Assembly: GCA_040954595.2 (NCBI GenBank)
Contig: CM082588.2
Location: 8,106,844-8,170,843, forward strand
Direction: 5' to 3'
Source of the DNA: Balanoglossus misakiensis
Lineage: Eukaryota; Animalia; Hemichordata
DNA length: 64,000 nt
Position 1 is the first letter of the stretch; every line of letters begins with the position of its first letter. The notes beneath the pieces were generated by a model. It made no database searches and had not been told where the DNA came from. It worked only from the letters and a program-made list of their open reading frames with translations. The position numbers and the translations under genes were made by a program. Below, piece after piece: positions 13,501 through 27,332 of this stretch.

Positions 13501-16093
13501 AATGACGTCAGCCACACTCTGGTGGCAGTTACGTTGGCATTCAAATTTCCAGATGACGGACAACATCAACAACATGGTTTGACGTTTCAAAAATAAAAAC
13601 ATACTCGGACAAACTTTTACTGGATGCCCAAATATTGTTTGCCCATTACCTGGAAATGGCAACGCCGGGTGTCACATGGCCAGATCACGTGATTGAAAGT
13701 AAAGAATACATCATTACCTTTTCAAGTTCGTTTCCATGCAGCTCTAACATGTCCAGTTTGGCATATGATCTTATCCCTTCATTATTAATCTCTAACTTTC
13801 CCGTCAGACCGTAAAGATTATTAACCTAAAATGAGAGCGTTAAAGGGGAAAATATGTCAGTAGAATACTATGTAGAAGACAGTTTAATTAACATTGCTCC
13901 TGTGAATTTACCTGTCTTTGAGAAATAAAAGTTTAATTGTAGAATTGGCAAGAAAACTTATACATGTAGATTTAACATATTTATTTTCATATATTTCAAA
14001 TTTTCCATAATTTTGCAAGGTAAACTTTCTTATTGTTTTTCAATTCAGCGTAAACTTAATTTTGTGATATATATTACTATACTGAAAATGTTGCGAAGAT
14101 ATTCATACCAGTTGGTATTGATGTTAAGTGCAAGAAATGTATTCTATGGTCCATGACTTCTGACATGGTAGGACCAAACAAAAACTTTGAAATTTTAAAT
14201 CATGAAAAATGTTTGATAAATATATGCAGAAACTTGACTGAAAATAATTACCTTTTTTCCCCAACCAACAGATATAAGCTCGTTAAACATACTATGTCCA
14301 AAGTGCCAAGTATTGTTTGGTCGTTGGCATGACAATGGATACAGCCTCGGATTTTGTGTGTGGCCCAGGGACTGCAAGGCATATGCGAAGACATTAACAG
14401 CATCATACATTAATGCTTCTTCTGTCTGAAAACAATATTTGAAAATGTAATACACATTAGTTAAAGTGATTATCCCTTCAAACTCCTTGTATTTTACAAA
14501 CCCAATTTACCCCTTGTGCTAACTAACTAAAATGTGTATGGCCTTTACACATTTCCCTTAGACATAACAGACACTACTTTAAATGCCAATAACTTCAGAG
14601 AAACTACAAACGGACATGTACACCCATCATGGGCTCAACGCACCAACCTTCCCTTCAAACACCAAATGCCCATGGATACAAAATGAAGAGTAGTACAACA
14701 TATAATTATAATAGAACAATTGATGTGAAAATCTGTCTTACTGTCATCTCTCTTGTAAGATGTGCACCTCGCTCATCAGCAAGCATATCTTCCCACTGTT
14801 TAAGTTTAGTTTGAACTTTCTGGTCGCCTTTATCTATGAGTCTTAGTGATGTTATATTCACATCACCTTCACTGTAGCGTTTGATATCTATCATCTGTAA
14901 ATCCTGAAAAATTCAATCAATATTTAGTCAATACAAAACATAACCTTTCTTGCAAGCTAATAAATCGATGTTACTATGGATAATGTATCTCCGAGACAAA
15001 TAACCACAGATGGCATTTGTAATTTTTAGCTTTAGATCATGACTGGTTACTATATTTTAGACTTAAAGATTGACGTACAATGCATGATGTGTGACACAAA
15101 TTGGTCGCAATGTTATTAAATTTTTGAAACAAACAATAATTTATGTCTTGGTTGCTTGGCCTCATGTCCACATATTTCTTTCATGTTACTACGTTATGGC
15201 GTGCTCTCCTGGTTCTTGCTTGTCTTTGCAGCTAGTCATGTAAGGTACATGTGATACTTTATGTGAAGGGCTATGGTGGCAATTACTTTGCTTGTCTTTG
15301 TACTGATTTTTATTCAGTCAAGTAATTTGCCAAATCAATTATAGAAGATGTATCCTTTTTTCTACAAATCGGTCAGTGATGAAAAACCATTAATAGGGTA
15401 ATGCATATGAATTTAAACTTACCAGTGTTGTGAAAAAATAATGAAATAAACTGGTCAGCATTTGAACTTCGAGTGCCTGTAAAGAGACAAAACACTCATT
15501 CTATTCGTGTGATCTAGATGTTTTTGAACAGTAGGGGAATACTCTTCCTTGAATATAAAATGTAACCAAATGTGTGCAAGTGTAAGTATCTAGTATACCA
15601 CACCAAACTGCTGCTTATTGATTAGTAATTGGGTAATCGTGGAATGGGTATACCACATTCACAGAAGCATAATAAGCATGGATACCAATGCCCCATACTA
15701 TATTGCATTTATAGCTATGTACATAAACTCTGAAATAAACCCAACTACTCTTTGCCACATTTCTATAGCTTTCAGCGTGGTGTTTAACAATGGGGCAGAT
15801 AGCAATGAACACATTAACATACCTGTTCTAGAACATGTACAACATTTTCAAAGTTGCAGTCAACAATGATATGACTTAGTCCAGAAGCCTTGATTTCTTT
15901 TAAAACAGGTTTAAAATTTGGTGGTACCAGTTGCCTGATGCTAATTTGCATTTTATGATGAACAGACAGCTTCAGGACATCTTGTAGTCTCACCAGACCT
16001 GGAAAATTCATCATCATAGAATTATAATTTTTATGTAATACATATCAACAGTTATACATGCTTTAAACGTATATGTACATGCATGCATATATT

Positions 16094-16125
<32 letters not shown>

Positions 16126-19100
16126 TGTATGTATGTATGTATGTATGTATGTATGTATGTATGTATGTATGTATGTATGTATGTATGTATGTATGTATGT
16201 ATGTATGTATGTATGTATGTATGTATGTATGTATGTATGTATGTATGTATGTATGTATGTATGTATGTATGTATGTATGTATGTATGTATGTATGTATGT
16301 ATGTATGTATGTATGTATGTATGTATGTATGTATGTATGTATGTATGTATGGTTGATTCAACTGGAAATTAATACAAATACATTATATTGGCTACCAGTT
16401 ATAACTGTTTGGCTACCAACTTTACAAAATGGTAGTCCACATATACAAATACATTCATTCACACAGATAGACAGACAGACAGACGGACGGACGGAAAGAC
16501 AGACATTGATACTTACTATCCTCATTTTCGTATAGAATGGCAATTTTATCCCATTTATAATAGTTAACTGTATCGGCAATAGCTTCAGATATCGTAGAAG
16601 GATGAGGATAAAGATTGATGGAGAACTGATTTTTGCGCCTTCTGTGATCCCACCTGGCCTCGATGTGGGGAATTTCAACTTCATTCAGGACAGACTGGAC
16701 ACCCATAGCTGCCCTTGGCGTTGGAGGACCAAAGACGGCAGCAATACCCATACTGAGTTGCCCACAAACTAAAAGAAAAGGGAAAATCAAAGTCTACATG
16801 AAAATGGCAATTCCGATTACATTCGTTCACTCATTCGCGCTTTTCTCAAGTTGACCATTTGAATAAATTCGGCCAAATCCCCTCGAAAACTGATGCATCG
16901 TAGGTTGTTTGCGTCTATGACTGACGATGCAGTTATGTATACTTCTTCCTCTGTCAATATGCCTTTTCTATGGATCACATTCAGAACCATGAAGACTCTC
17001 TTGACTTCATCTAACTCCTGGTGAGCACCTGAATTCGAAACACGTCTCTGAAGGCAAGTCAAGTGAAGCATGAATCAAATGTGTTTGATGAAACCCTGCA
17101 TTTTACTTTTGTTTCCATGATTTGCTTTAAGAAAAATTCTGCACATATTTTTGTTTGGGCCAGCCAATTTCCCTCTATGCCAATTGCGTATTACATTTCA
17201 TCTTAATCTTGATTACAGTACTCACAATTCACTTAATTAAAGGGACAAAGTCTCTCTCTCGCAGGCCTTTTTCCATTAATTATGTTTGATACAAGACGCC
17301 GTTTATGTTATTCTACATGTGGATGTATGGTGAATCAACATTCGACCACACACAACTTCCATCTCGTTTGTAGGATATGAGAGTAAAAACTCGCCCAAAA
17401 TGAATAAATGGTAAAGAACGAATATTCATTTTGGCGATTTTTTTCACTCTCCTGTCTATAAGAGGGATGGAAGTTGTGTGTGGTTGAACGTTCATTCACT
17501 ATATATCCACATGTAGAATAACAAACGTTGTCTCTTATCAAATATAATTAATGGAAAAAAGGGCAGCGAGAGAGAGACTTTGTCCCTTTAAAGAATGCAA
17601 TGAAAACTTCATATTACAGAACAGGTTTCCAATAAATAGGTTCAAACACAGAGCACAGCCAAAGTGAACATAACATTCTTAAAAAGAGCAATGAAATGTC
17701 ATTTCGTAATAGTTAGCGATATTAATTGACAGAACTTCACCATAGTTCTGATGGGCAGCATGTTGCAGCGACCCATGTTGTGATGGTAATGAGGTTAACC
17801 AGCTGCAAAGGTTAGGACAGCCAGAAGGTTAAATATCACATACCAAGGCGCTGTAGTGAAATTCAATTGCCCCCCTCTGTTTTCACAAATATCCGTCTGA
17901 AAAAGAATTCTGCAAAGCTCAAATCCTGCACGATATAAAAAATGTTTTCAAAAACTAATCTTGCACAGCTGTTCTCAGATAGGTGAACGCTCAACAATCT
18001 TACGTTTTTCCTTGATTTAAATGTACAAAACTGAATTCCTTCCTCTATGACCGTGATATGCAGTACAATGATTGAAATATTGTCGTTTTGAAGGTCAGAG
18101 ATTTGTGATACTAATCTGTTGATTTATTAGTCTGTCTTACTGCAAAAATTGTAGATTATCGCTTAATTAATTTTAGTCGCCCTGTAAATTAACAATGCAC
18201 TGTTCAACCATGACAACCTTACCCATACCGTTTGCCCGCAACTGCATACTATAATAAATATAGAAGTGGCTGGTCGACGTCCCCAAGTGTGGATATACGT
18301 CCACCACGAGGATGTCTAATATGTCTCTTTTTATTTGTTAACAGTGTAATTATTACTGAAAAACGACTTCTACAATTGTTATTCCCATGGTGTTTTCATA
18401 TAGATCAGGCAAGGTAAATTCAATTCATTGAATGAATGAATTAAACCATGGGCAATTGTGCTTAGTTGTGAGATATGGACATCATTAAATGTTAACAAAC
18501 ACTGGTGCAAAATGCTGACTCGCCATCTCTTTTCCTTATCGGCTAAGCCATGGCCTAATAATTTATAAACTAGCTTGATAACTCTGAATTTCATTGCAAT
18601 TTTGATAACATTTAAAATATAATCCAAAATTAACGACAATTAAAAAAATTACAATACTTTCGACTTTACCGATCATATATCCTGTAGGTTAACCCTGCAT
18701 AATTCCTGTGATAAATGTTCCACATAATTGGCTGATCGTGTCGAAGAGGTGGTGGAGTTTATTGTTTTCATTAATGCCTCGCCCTGTCATTCAGTGAAAA
18801 CAAACATATTTTTTCAGCTTTCAAATATAGTCGATTGTCATCTCCATGCTGCTAGCTAACAAAACAATTGTCCGGTTTATATTCACAATATCAGCTGTCA
18901 GCTTCATGTAATTAAGCCACGTGCCTAAACGTTTGCTTACAAGGGAGTTGTTTCATAAGGAACATTAGCTGGAACTATACTGGAGTATTTTTCAGTATTT
19001 CGTTCTATGTACCTACTATATATCTTGAACTAATTATGACATTGTGCTAAAATGCCAAATGTATACTGTACAAGTGTAATTTACTCTGCTCTTGTTGATA

Positions 19101-22100
19101 AATCAAACTATTGAAGTACAGACTTACATTTAATTTCCATGATAAATAAACAGCATGCGCTGTTTCTATTCCAGTCGACTAAATACATGTATAATTGAGG
19201 CTGACATGAAACGTTTAATCAAACAAATTCCTCTCTGCTCTAATTGTAATTCGATGCTACAACTTCCTTTAGAGTGGTTTGTACTCTGACATGATTAAAC
19301 TTTGTGTTCACGTCCTTGTTACTTCTACCACGAGGCTGCATTATTTCATTTTGACGGAAAAACTGTTAAAGTTGTTTTGTGTTTTTTTATACCAACCTAT
19401 CGAATAGGAACATATACAAAACCGGTGACCCTTACAGGGTCTTTTTAGAACACAATTAAACCAGTCTGTTTTGTGTAGAGACTTGATTCACACGTTTTTT
19501 AGTATATGCGAAAAAAACATTAGTGTGCAAGTCAATATCCACATCTAAACACATTGACTCAGCAATGATAGGTTTAGCACGCTTCATAGGCATTATAATA
19601 TAAGCTAAACCTTAAAGATAAGAAAAACGGGACGCTGCATGAACTATTTGGTTTATTTTCTTATGTCATCCAACTTTCACCAAAAGGGCCAATAAAATAT
19701 AAAATATTCTCGACAAAGCCATGATTATAATTGCTGAAACATGAAGTGTCAAAGCCAGTGTCTTTCTTGAAAGATGAAGATTTAGTCTATAAGGAGGATT
19801 GTAAGACTTGACCAAATAACACAACTGCTTTGTCCGTATATACACTGAATACCACGCAGTTGCTGACCTGTGTGTACAGATAACTTAAATTTGTGAAGAT
19901 ATTTGCACTAACCAGTGCACAACTGCATGGCGGTGCTACTGTAAATTACCTTTCGAGGTACTTTGCATTGACACAAAACCTTTTTTTAAAGTATCCGTGT
20001 GCAACAACAATTTCGGTAAGGGCTGTAAAGTATGTAGATAAAGAAAACTATTGAACAAATCGACGATCATTTTCATTCGACACTCGGTTAGTTACGGATG
20101 GGCACGAATGGTACATAACGTCATGGATTCAATATTTGAAATTGAATTAAACATGAAGGTATTTTGACTTGTAAAATAGTTGTAGCTTCTATAGGGGACA
20201 AACCCTTTCTAGACCGAAGCACATTTTGTATTACTCAACATTTTATTCTTAACATTAGGTATTTTAATTATCAAATACCTTTAGCATCAAGAGGGGCCAA
20301 GGCCCTTCCTCACCACTATCTGAAATATCAATATCCATACATGTATACGTTGAATGATACCAGCCAACGGCAATTAACTTTCATTCTGAATTCAAAGGAG
20401 TATACATTGTACATGATCAATTTCCATGATATATAACAAGATTTTAGCCGACTGATGCGCTTGCACAAAACATAATGGTGAATGCAGTTTGGTTCTTTAT
20501 CAATTATTCAAAAAAATCATTTGGGAAATAAAAGGTGATTTCCTTTGTGACGTTTTAGGTTTATTAGATGTTCAGATTTTATATGTGATTAATTGATAAC
20601 GACAACAGATAGTCATGTTATTTGATTATAGCAGACTCTGATGACAAGTTCAATAAGACATTAGGAAATTGGTTTATGTTCAAAGAAAGGAAAACAGGTA
20701 TATCATATTATATCAATATACTATCTATTGAGACTCAATACGACAGCAATTCTGTAGTTCAGTGTTTGAATGATGAAACTAATACGTTTCATTCATTTAT
20801 CTCTGTAACACTTCTATCGATACTGCCATCTCAATACGTATAGGAGGCACACAAACAAGGCTATCTGTATATTAAATATGTCCATTATAATAACAAAATA
20901 AAAACGTAGGAAATTCGAAGCAAGGGTTTGCCAAAGCTAACTTGGTTATGATATTTCGACGTGGGAAATATAAATTTAAGGGGTCTTAGCTTTGATGAAG
21001 TATTTCAACCACAGACGATAACTTTTAGTCAACTAACACTGTGATCTTATATATCCATTATCTCCAACATGTATACTGGCACATTTGGTGCTGTCACCGA
21101 GAATTTATAGTGCCCACTGCTAAAGGTTGTCGCATATGCAAAGATGTGATTTGCTTGACACTGCTAAACATCGTTCACTACAGTCAGACATCGTCAGATT
21201 GCTGGGGTTGCAAGTTTCCACCAAATCTGTTATTGTAATTTCTGAAATAGCTGTAACTCTAAAGATCACTAATTATGCATTCGACATTCAGCATGCCACA
21301 TTCAGTAAATATCTCTGAAGGGGCGTCTCAAAGGCTGAAGATTAAATATACCGTAAGTCATGATATTGTAGCTTTGTCAATACAAGGGAGAGTGGATAAG
21401 ATAAGACATAATTCAAGATTATTTGTGACATTTCAATTATTCAGTATCACATCATGGATTAGGAACTATCAAATATTAATTTATAGAATATGAATACGCT
21501 TTCAAGCGGATTTTAATAATAACAACCGTGACGAGTATGAACTTTGTACTGAAAATGATTTGTTGCCAATCAGCTGTGATTTATTAACGTTGATATGGCC
21601 TATGTCCCTCCAAGCACCGTGCTGTACAGATGACATGAGGTTTTCTGGATTCAGTAGTCATACCATATAGGAAGAGTAGCCTGAAAATACTATATCATGA
21701 ATTTTGATCGCTAATTCAAGATAGCATTCTAGGTACACTGAGATGCGTAAAAGCATGAAGGTAAAAACAGACATCTACGTGGTAGTATCAGTAGCACAAG
21801 CCAAGCCGCCGGTGAATAAGTTATGGGGGTGCCGTATACGTGGCTTTTGGGTAAATTGGAACTACACTAGCTATTGAACTGTACTTGTCTTCATATGTTT
21901 AGCTATGTGTATATAATGGAAAGCTTCCACTTGAAGAAATGGCATAGTAATTTATCCAGACAACTTTGCAAACCTGCTTGAGATTCTGAAATCAACAGAA
22001 GATCCCCAGCGATACCATAGTTAATGGGAAGTGAGAACAATGGAAATAGTTGAGGCAAATTAAGGAAAACGAAGTGTGGTTTAGAACTTCTTCTTCGACG

Positions 22101-25100
22101 ACGCTGAATGGCGGCTCTTAAAAGGACACTTGGATCCATTTCAAGGTTTCTGTCACCATCATAAGTGTCTCTTTGCTGCAGCTGTGTACATGTACACCAA
22201 ACACGCCTAATCAATTAATAGCTTAAACAGGCAATCTTGTAGTTAGTTCATTCCAACAAGTTGGGTCACCTTATCCCTTTGATATGTAGTTCATAAAATA
22301 TTTTCTGCACATTACACGTGACTAATTATTCCCAAAACACCAAGAACTCATCGGCGTGACGAATTTGGACTGCCTTAATGGGAAGTCAAATAGTGTCCTG
22401 TATTTCAAATTATGTTGCCCGTTTGGCATATGTATACAATTTCTTTATACTTCTCAAAGAAATTCGAAAGCGTATACGTATAGCTAACGTTCCGTACATT
22501 CTGATACATGAAGGTTATGTTTCGCAACACCATAATACCCAGAATACCTTTCGTCCCCAAGATAAAATTGGCACTTGGCCATTCTTGCCACACAAAATGC
22601 AAAGTCCATCGCAAAATTCAGTTTTCATCCAACCTACTGCGATTCAAGTAACTATTGACCCAAACAAGGAAATTTCCTCTGAGATATTATAATACCATCA
22701 TAATGTGTATTTCTTTATACTGAACGTATGGCGTCAACACAGAGAACGTAATAGATAAACATTGTAAATGCCATCGAGATAAAGTATGCTTGTTTCAACC
22801 AACTGTCCCGAGAGAAGGCCCATACATCATTCTCAGGAACGACAGTTTATGTCTGATCGAGTTATTCCACACTGGCTGAATGCATTATTTACCTGCATAC
22901 ATTCGTCTATTGCATGGTCTGTTACGAATATTTGTATTATTATTAACCTTAGATGATTACATGTTTGTCAGATTTCAGACAAATCGACCGTATTACGTCA
23001 TTTTCACATATAGTTATCAAATACGATTTGGGAAGTTTGGATCGACAAAAATGACCACGGGGAAATAAGGTCTTAAAGCTTCTAGAGCAGCCATTTATTA
23101 CATTCGTGATTTAATTTTTCAGCTCAGATTAGTACATCGAAATAAGCTTACTGTATACACGAACATCTCCGATTTTGGCTGTATGTTTCAATTTGACCAG
23201 GCTATATATTAAACGGTTGCTGCACCGATTTAATCAGCCTCCATACAAACAGTACGCAGCTATCGTGGTATGCGTCGCCAAGAGATGACAAACTGAATAA
23301 TGCAAATGCAAGTAATATGGCCTAATGGTGAGGATTATAAAGGATAGGGAATATATTTGAAGTATTTTATTGTGGAATAATGTGAAATTTGGTAGCTCTA
23401 GAGGCATTAAGGCCTCTAGTTCGATTCCTGGGCGAGCTATTGGAAGTCAATTTACTATAGATGAAATTCTAAACTGACGTGACAAGTTGTCATACACCTT
23501 ACGAGAGTTGACTGTAAGCCTTCCGAGAATTGAAACCTTTCGCAATTTTAATCTTACTCTGTTTACACAGAGCTGTTGTAAGCTTTATATTTACGAGAGT
23601 TTCTGCGGATCTAACGAGAGTTTGAAATCGAAGAAGTAGTTATGGAAAATAAGAGATTAAGTTGGAACAACGCCACGAGCTGAAGAGGGGTATACAATGC
23701 ATTTGTCCATTAACGTGCTAAATCTACTTGATAACCATGGCGAAACGATTGCTTTCGCAAATCAAGGTCTTTTACCTACAGTACCTTAATAGACACTTAA
23801 TTTGATAATTACGTAACATACGAGAGTCATCCATGGAATAGAGTAATACCCAGTTATATAATTATATCAGCAACCATTTCAAGTGAAATGATGCTTTTCC
23901 AATCAACTTAACACTACAAGAATGATGCTCGTAGCTTTCTGCTGTTAGCGGACAATGAATATTTATGTAGGTGTAAATGTATGTATGTCTGGCAAACTGA
24001 TAAAACGGTAATGCAAAGATAAGGCGTCAAGACAGACCGTCACTGTGGAAAAAAATTAATTATTAATCAGAAGTACAGGCAGATAGCGTTTCAATGTGTG
24101 ATGGTGTAACCATGGTAACTGATCATATCAGGCTACGCTAGCTTATGTGCGCTGTATAAAGAAAGGTCGCGGGATTAGCGTCGGTCACGCATCACCGAAA
24201 CTGATAAGAAGGGAAGCGAAATCAATGTACACGGCCGCATACATTACGTCCCACGAAAGGCATACAAATTTCATCACATCTAGCAGCGATATCCCCAACA
24301 AAACGTGCTTTATTTGCGATATACAGTGGATGTGTTTTTATCGAGCGATAAAACTGTAACCATACAGAATTGTTGAAGTCAACCCTCTTATTATAAAATG
24401 TTTTCGCTATGTTTTATTGCTTATCTTCCCTCAAGACATTATAAATGCTTTATTGCCGCTGAGGAGAAATATTAAACACAAAGTTATTGGTGAATTTCAA
24501 ATAGACAAAACCCACGAATTCACAACCCTGACGCTGCGTTAGTGATCGTGAAATAACCCAATGTGTTGAGGTTCTCGTCACTCCTGATAAAATGTGAAAC
24601 AATGACTTTTAAAGTGCCTTGCTCACCATTCTCCGATAAGTGCATGCCAGGTCATATCTGGAACGCCGATTCACGCCATTAGATCACATTTGCAGCCACC
24701 TAAAGACGCATACCATATACCTGCGGCATTTACCACTCGAAAATTGAAAAGCTCCCATTAAATCCGTTACTATATGTAGTCGTTACCATAAAAATAACAT
24801 TATATTAATTGGCATAATATGCATCCATTTGCACTGCACTATTCCGTTTCGTGCACTTTTTGCCATATAGCCTAGAAATATACCCTGTCAAAATACGTAC
24901 ATCATTTGACAGTGTTGATAAATTTGAAAGCGTTTTCTTTGCTTTTGTTATACATTAATGTCCAACTTTTAAAAAAATAGGCCCAATCCGGTGTAAATTG
25001 GAAATAAATATATATTTGGTTTGAGTACTAAAATGGTGTTCAAATTGTTATAAAGACATAGCCTTCACTCCGAGGTGATATTTACTTCAAAAAGATTTGT

Positions 25101-27257
25101 CCGATCAGATGACAATATGACAATGTCGACAAAATGTGACTTAACACATAAGCTGTACACATATCATGTCTAATCTATAATGGCGTTTTATTAATTTGAA
25201 AAAAGTAGACCGATTTCTTTGTTTAAGTTATTAAATACTAGTAGCGCGTATTGCGTACAGTACATAGTTAGATGCAGAATAGATTACACGGGATGGGTTT
25301 GTCAGATCGAATATATGCATAGGTCATTGTCTTCGTTGTGTTATCATTATGTAAAAAATATTCAAATAACAAAAAAACTGTCGCGAGCGCATAGTTTACT
25401 ATATTCCGTGAGATTCACTTTCTCACAGACGGAGTAAGTAGAAATCAATTTCCCACTTTTAACCAGCAAATAGTACAACTCGCAATCTTTCTAGCAACTG
25501 AAAATAGATTTCCAGTAACAAAATAAATGCTCCCGTTTAGATTGCAATTATGTAATTTTAGAGATGTAAATAACGAGGAAGCCAAATTTACAAGGATTGT
25601 ATTTTTTCTCGTAGATCACCAAGAAGAATACTATTTTCTCCAAAGTTGGGATCATCTCTTGCCCCGCATTCAAGCTCATCTCGCAAATACAGGATACCAG
25701 AACGCTAAAAGCACATATTTCATTTTTGCGTCTTAGTGTCTTTATAGTTATTTCTCATCTATATCAACATGAAATTCTCCTCGATCAAAAAGATTTGAGC
25801 TCACGATCCGAGTCCGATTCTGAATCTTGAATCTATGCGGCTTTACGTGTTCCTAACATTTCGTTGTGTACTAATGGTACTGTTGTCATAGCATTAGATG
25901 ATTGATGATAGAAATGACCATATTTCAACATTGAAATATATTCACATAGTACAACATACAGCTTAGTTCTGAATCATCGCCTTGCTTATAAAAAGTGAAA
26001 CTTCACGTATTCATAAATAATTTTATATTTGCATTGATTAGGCGCGATTTTAGATACAACACGACTGGAATTAGTTTGTGATTATAAGACCTTGAAAATA
26101 GTCTGAAAATAATGTACATTTCACTGTTGACTACTTGATTATTTTCGTTATAACTCCAATTATGATATTTTTTACTGAAGACCAAATGTCAGTTTCATAG
26201 AATTTAGTTCATTGTTGCGGTATTTCTCTTGACATTTTATAATCACAAAACAGTTCCAATTGTTTTATACGCTAATGGAATCACGTGTCTCACTCATAGT
26301 GTATATGCGTATGCGTGTCTGTGACATGATTTTGATCTTCAGCTAAACTGACATGACACAACTGTCGTCGACTTACCTTTTTTCGTTGCATCAAAAGCAT
26401 TGTCATCTTCAATAAGCTGTATATCATACGTAATATGGGTGTTTTTTGAATCTGCTGCATTCATCTGTTTGTTTATTTTGTTGATGGCAAATTTGAAGGC
26501 TTTCTCTACGCCGCTGGCCGGAGACTGTTTTTCAAATATTCCTCCTGCGAAGAACAAATTAGAGCAGGTTTGAAAGCATGAATATACAGTTTTGCTGCCT
26601 AATATGGCGGTCACACAGGGACCATAAGGACGTTTCTGAAACATCTCAGGTCAAATACTGGCGTAAATTATTATGTGTGAACGGTTTAAGTGGTCCTGAA
26701 ACGTCTCAGATTTAAGACGTCTTTGCCGGCCAGACCAGAGCCGGTGTAACCCATTGTCTATGGGGCCGAGCCTCAGCACCTATACATAAACTCTGTGTGT
26801 TTGGACACAAGCGACTCAAAGGATTAATGCTCTGTGCTTAGCATAGCCAAATAGCGTCTCAAATTTTACCCTGTGTGAACCTGGTATAACACATTCTGAT
26901 TATCACGCTACACATTAATCTCAGTGAGAAATTTATGGCCTACTTAGGCTGACTTCTTTTAGCATGGCCATGGTCAATCCGTGCTATGCCTTTGCTTTCA
27001 AATCTGAGGTATATTACTCCTCGAAACCTTTTGCGCTCAAAACAATAAGAAAGTTGTAGACATGTTTTGATACACGCGCCGCCAAAAGCGATGAGTTGCA
27101 TGTTTTGTCAACACGAAAGCAACCAACATATAATTATTAATTGATTGATTGATTGATTGAGTGAGTGAGTGATTGACTGACTGACTGGTTGCTTGGCTGA
27201 CTGATCGGTTGATTAGTAAGTCAGTAAGAAAAAATTAATTGATTATTTATTGTCTTA

Positions 27258-27332
<75 letters not shown>

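Noticed and set aside
23391-23440. tRNA gene
   Set aside because: B-box present but no cloverleaf. At most a SINE relic.
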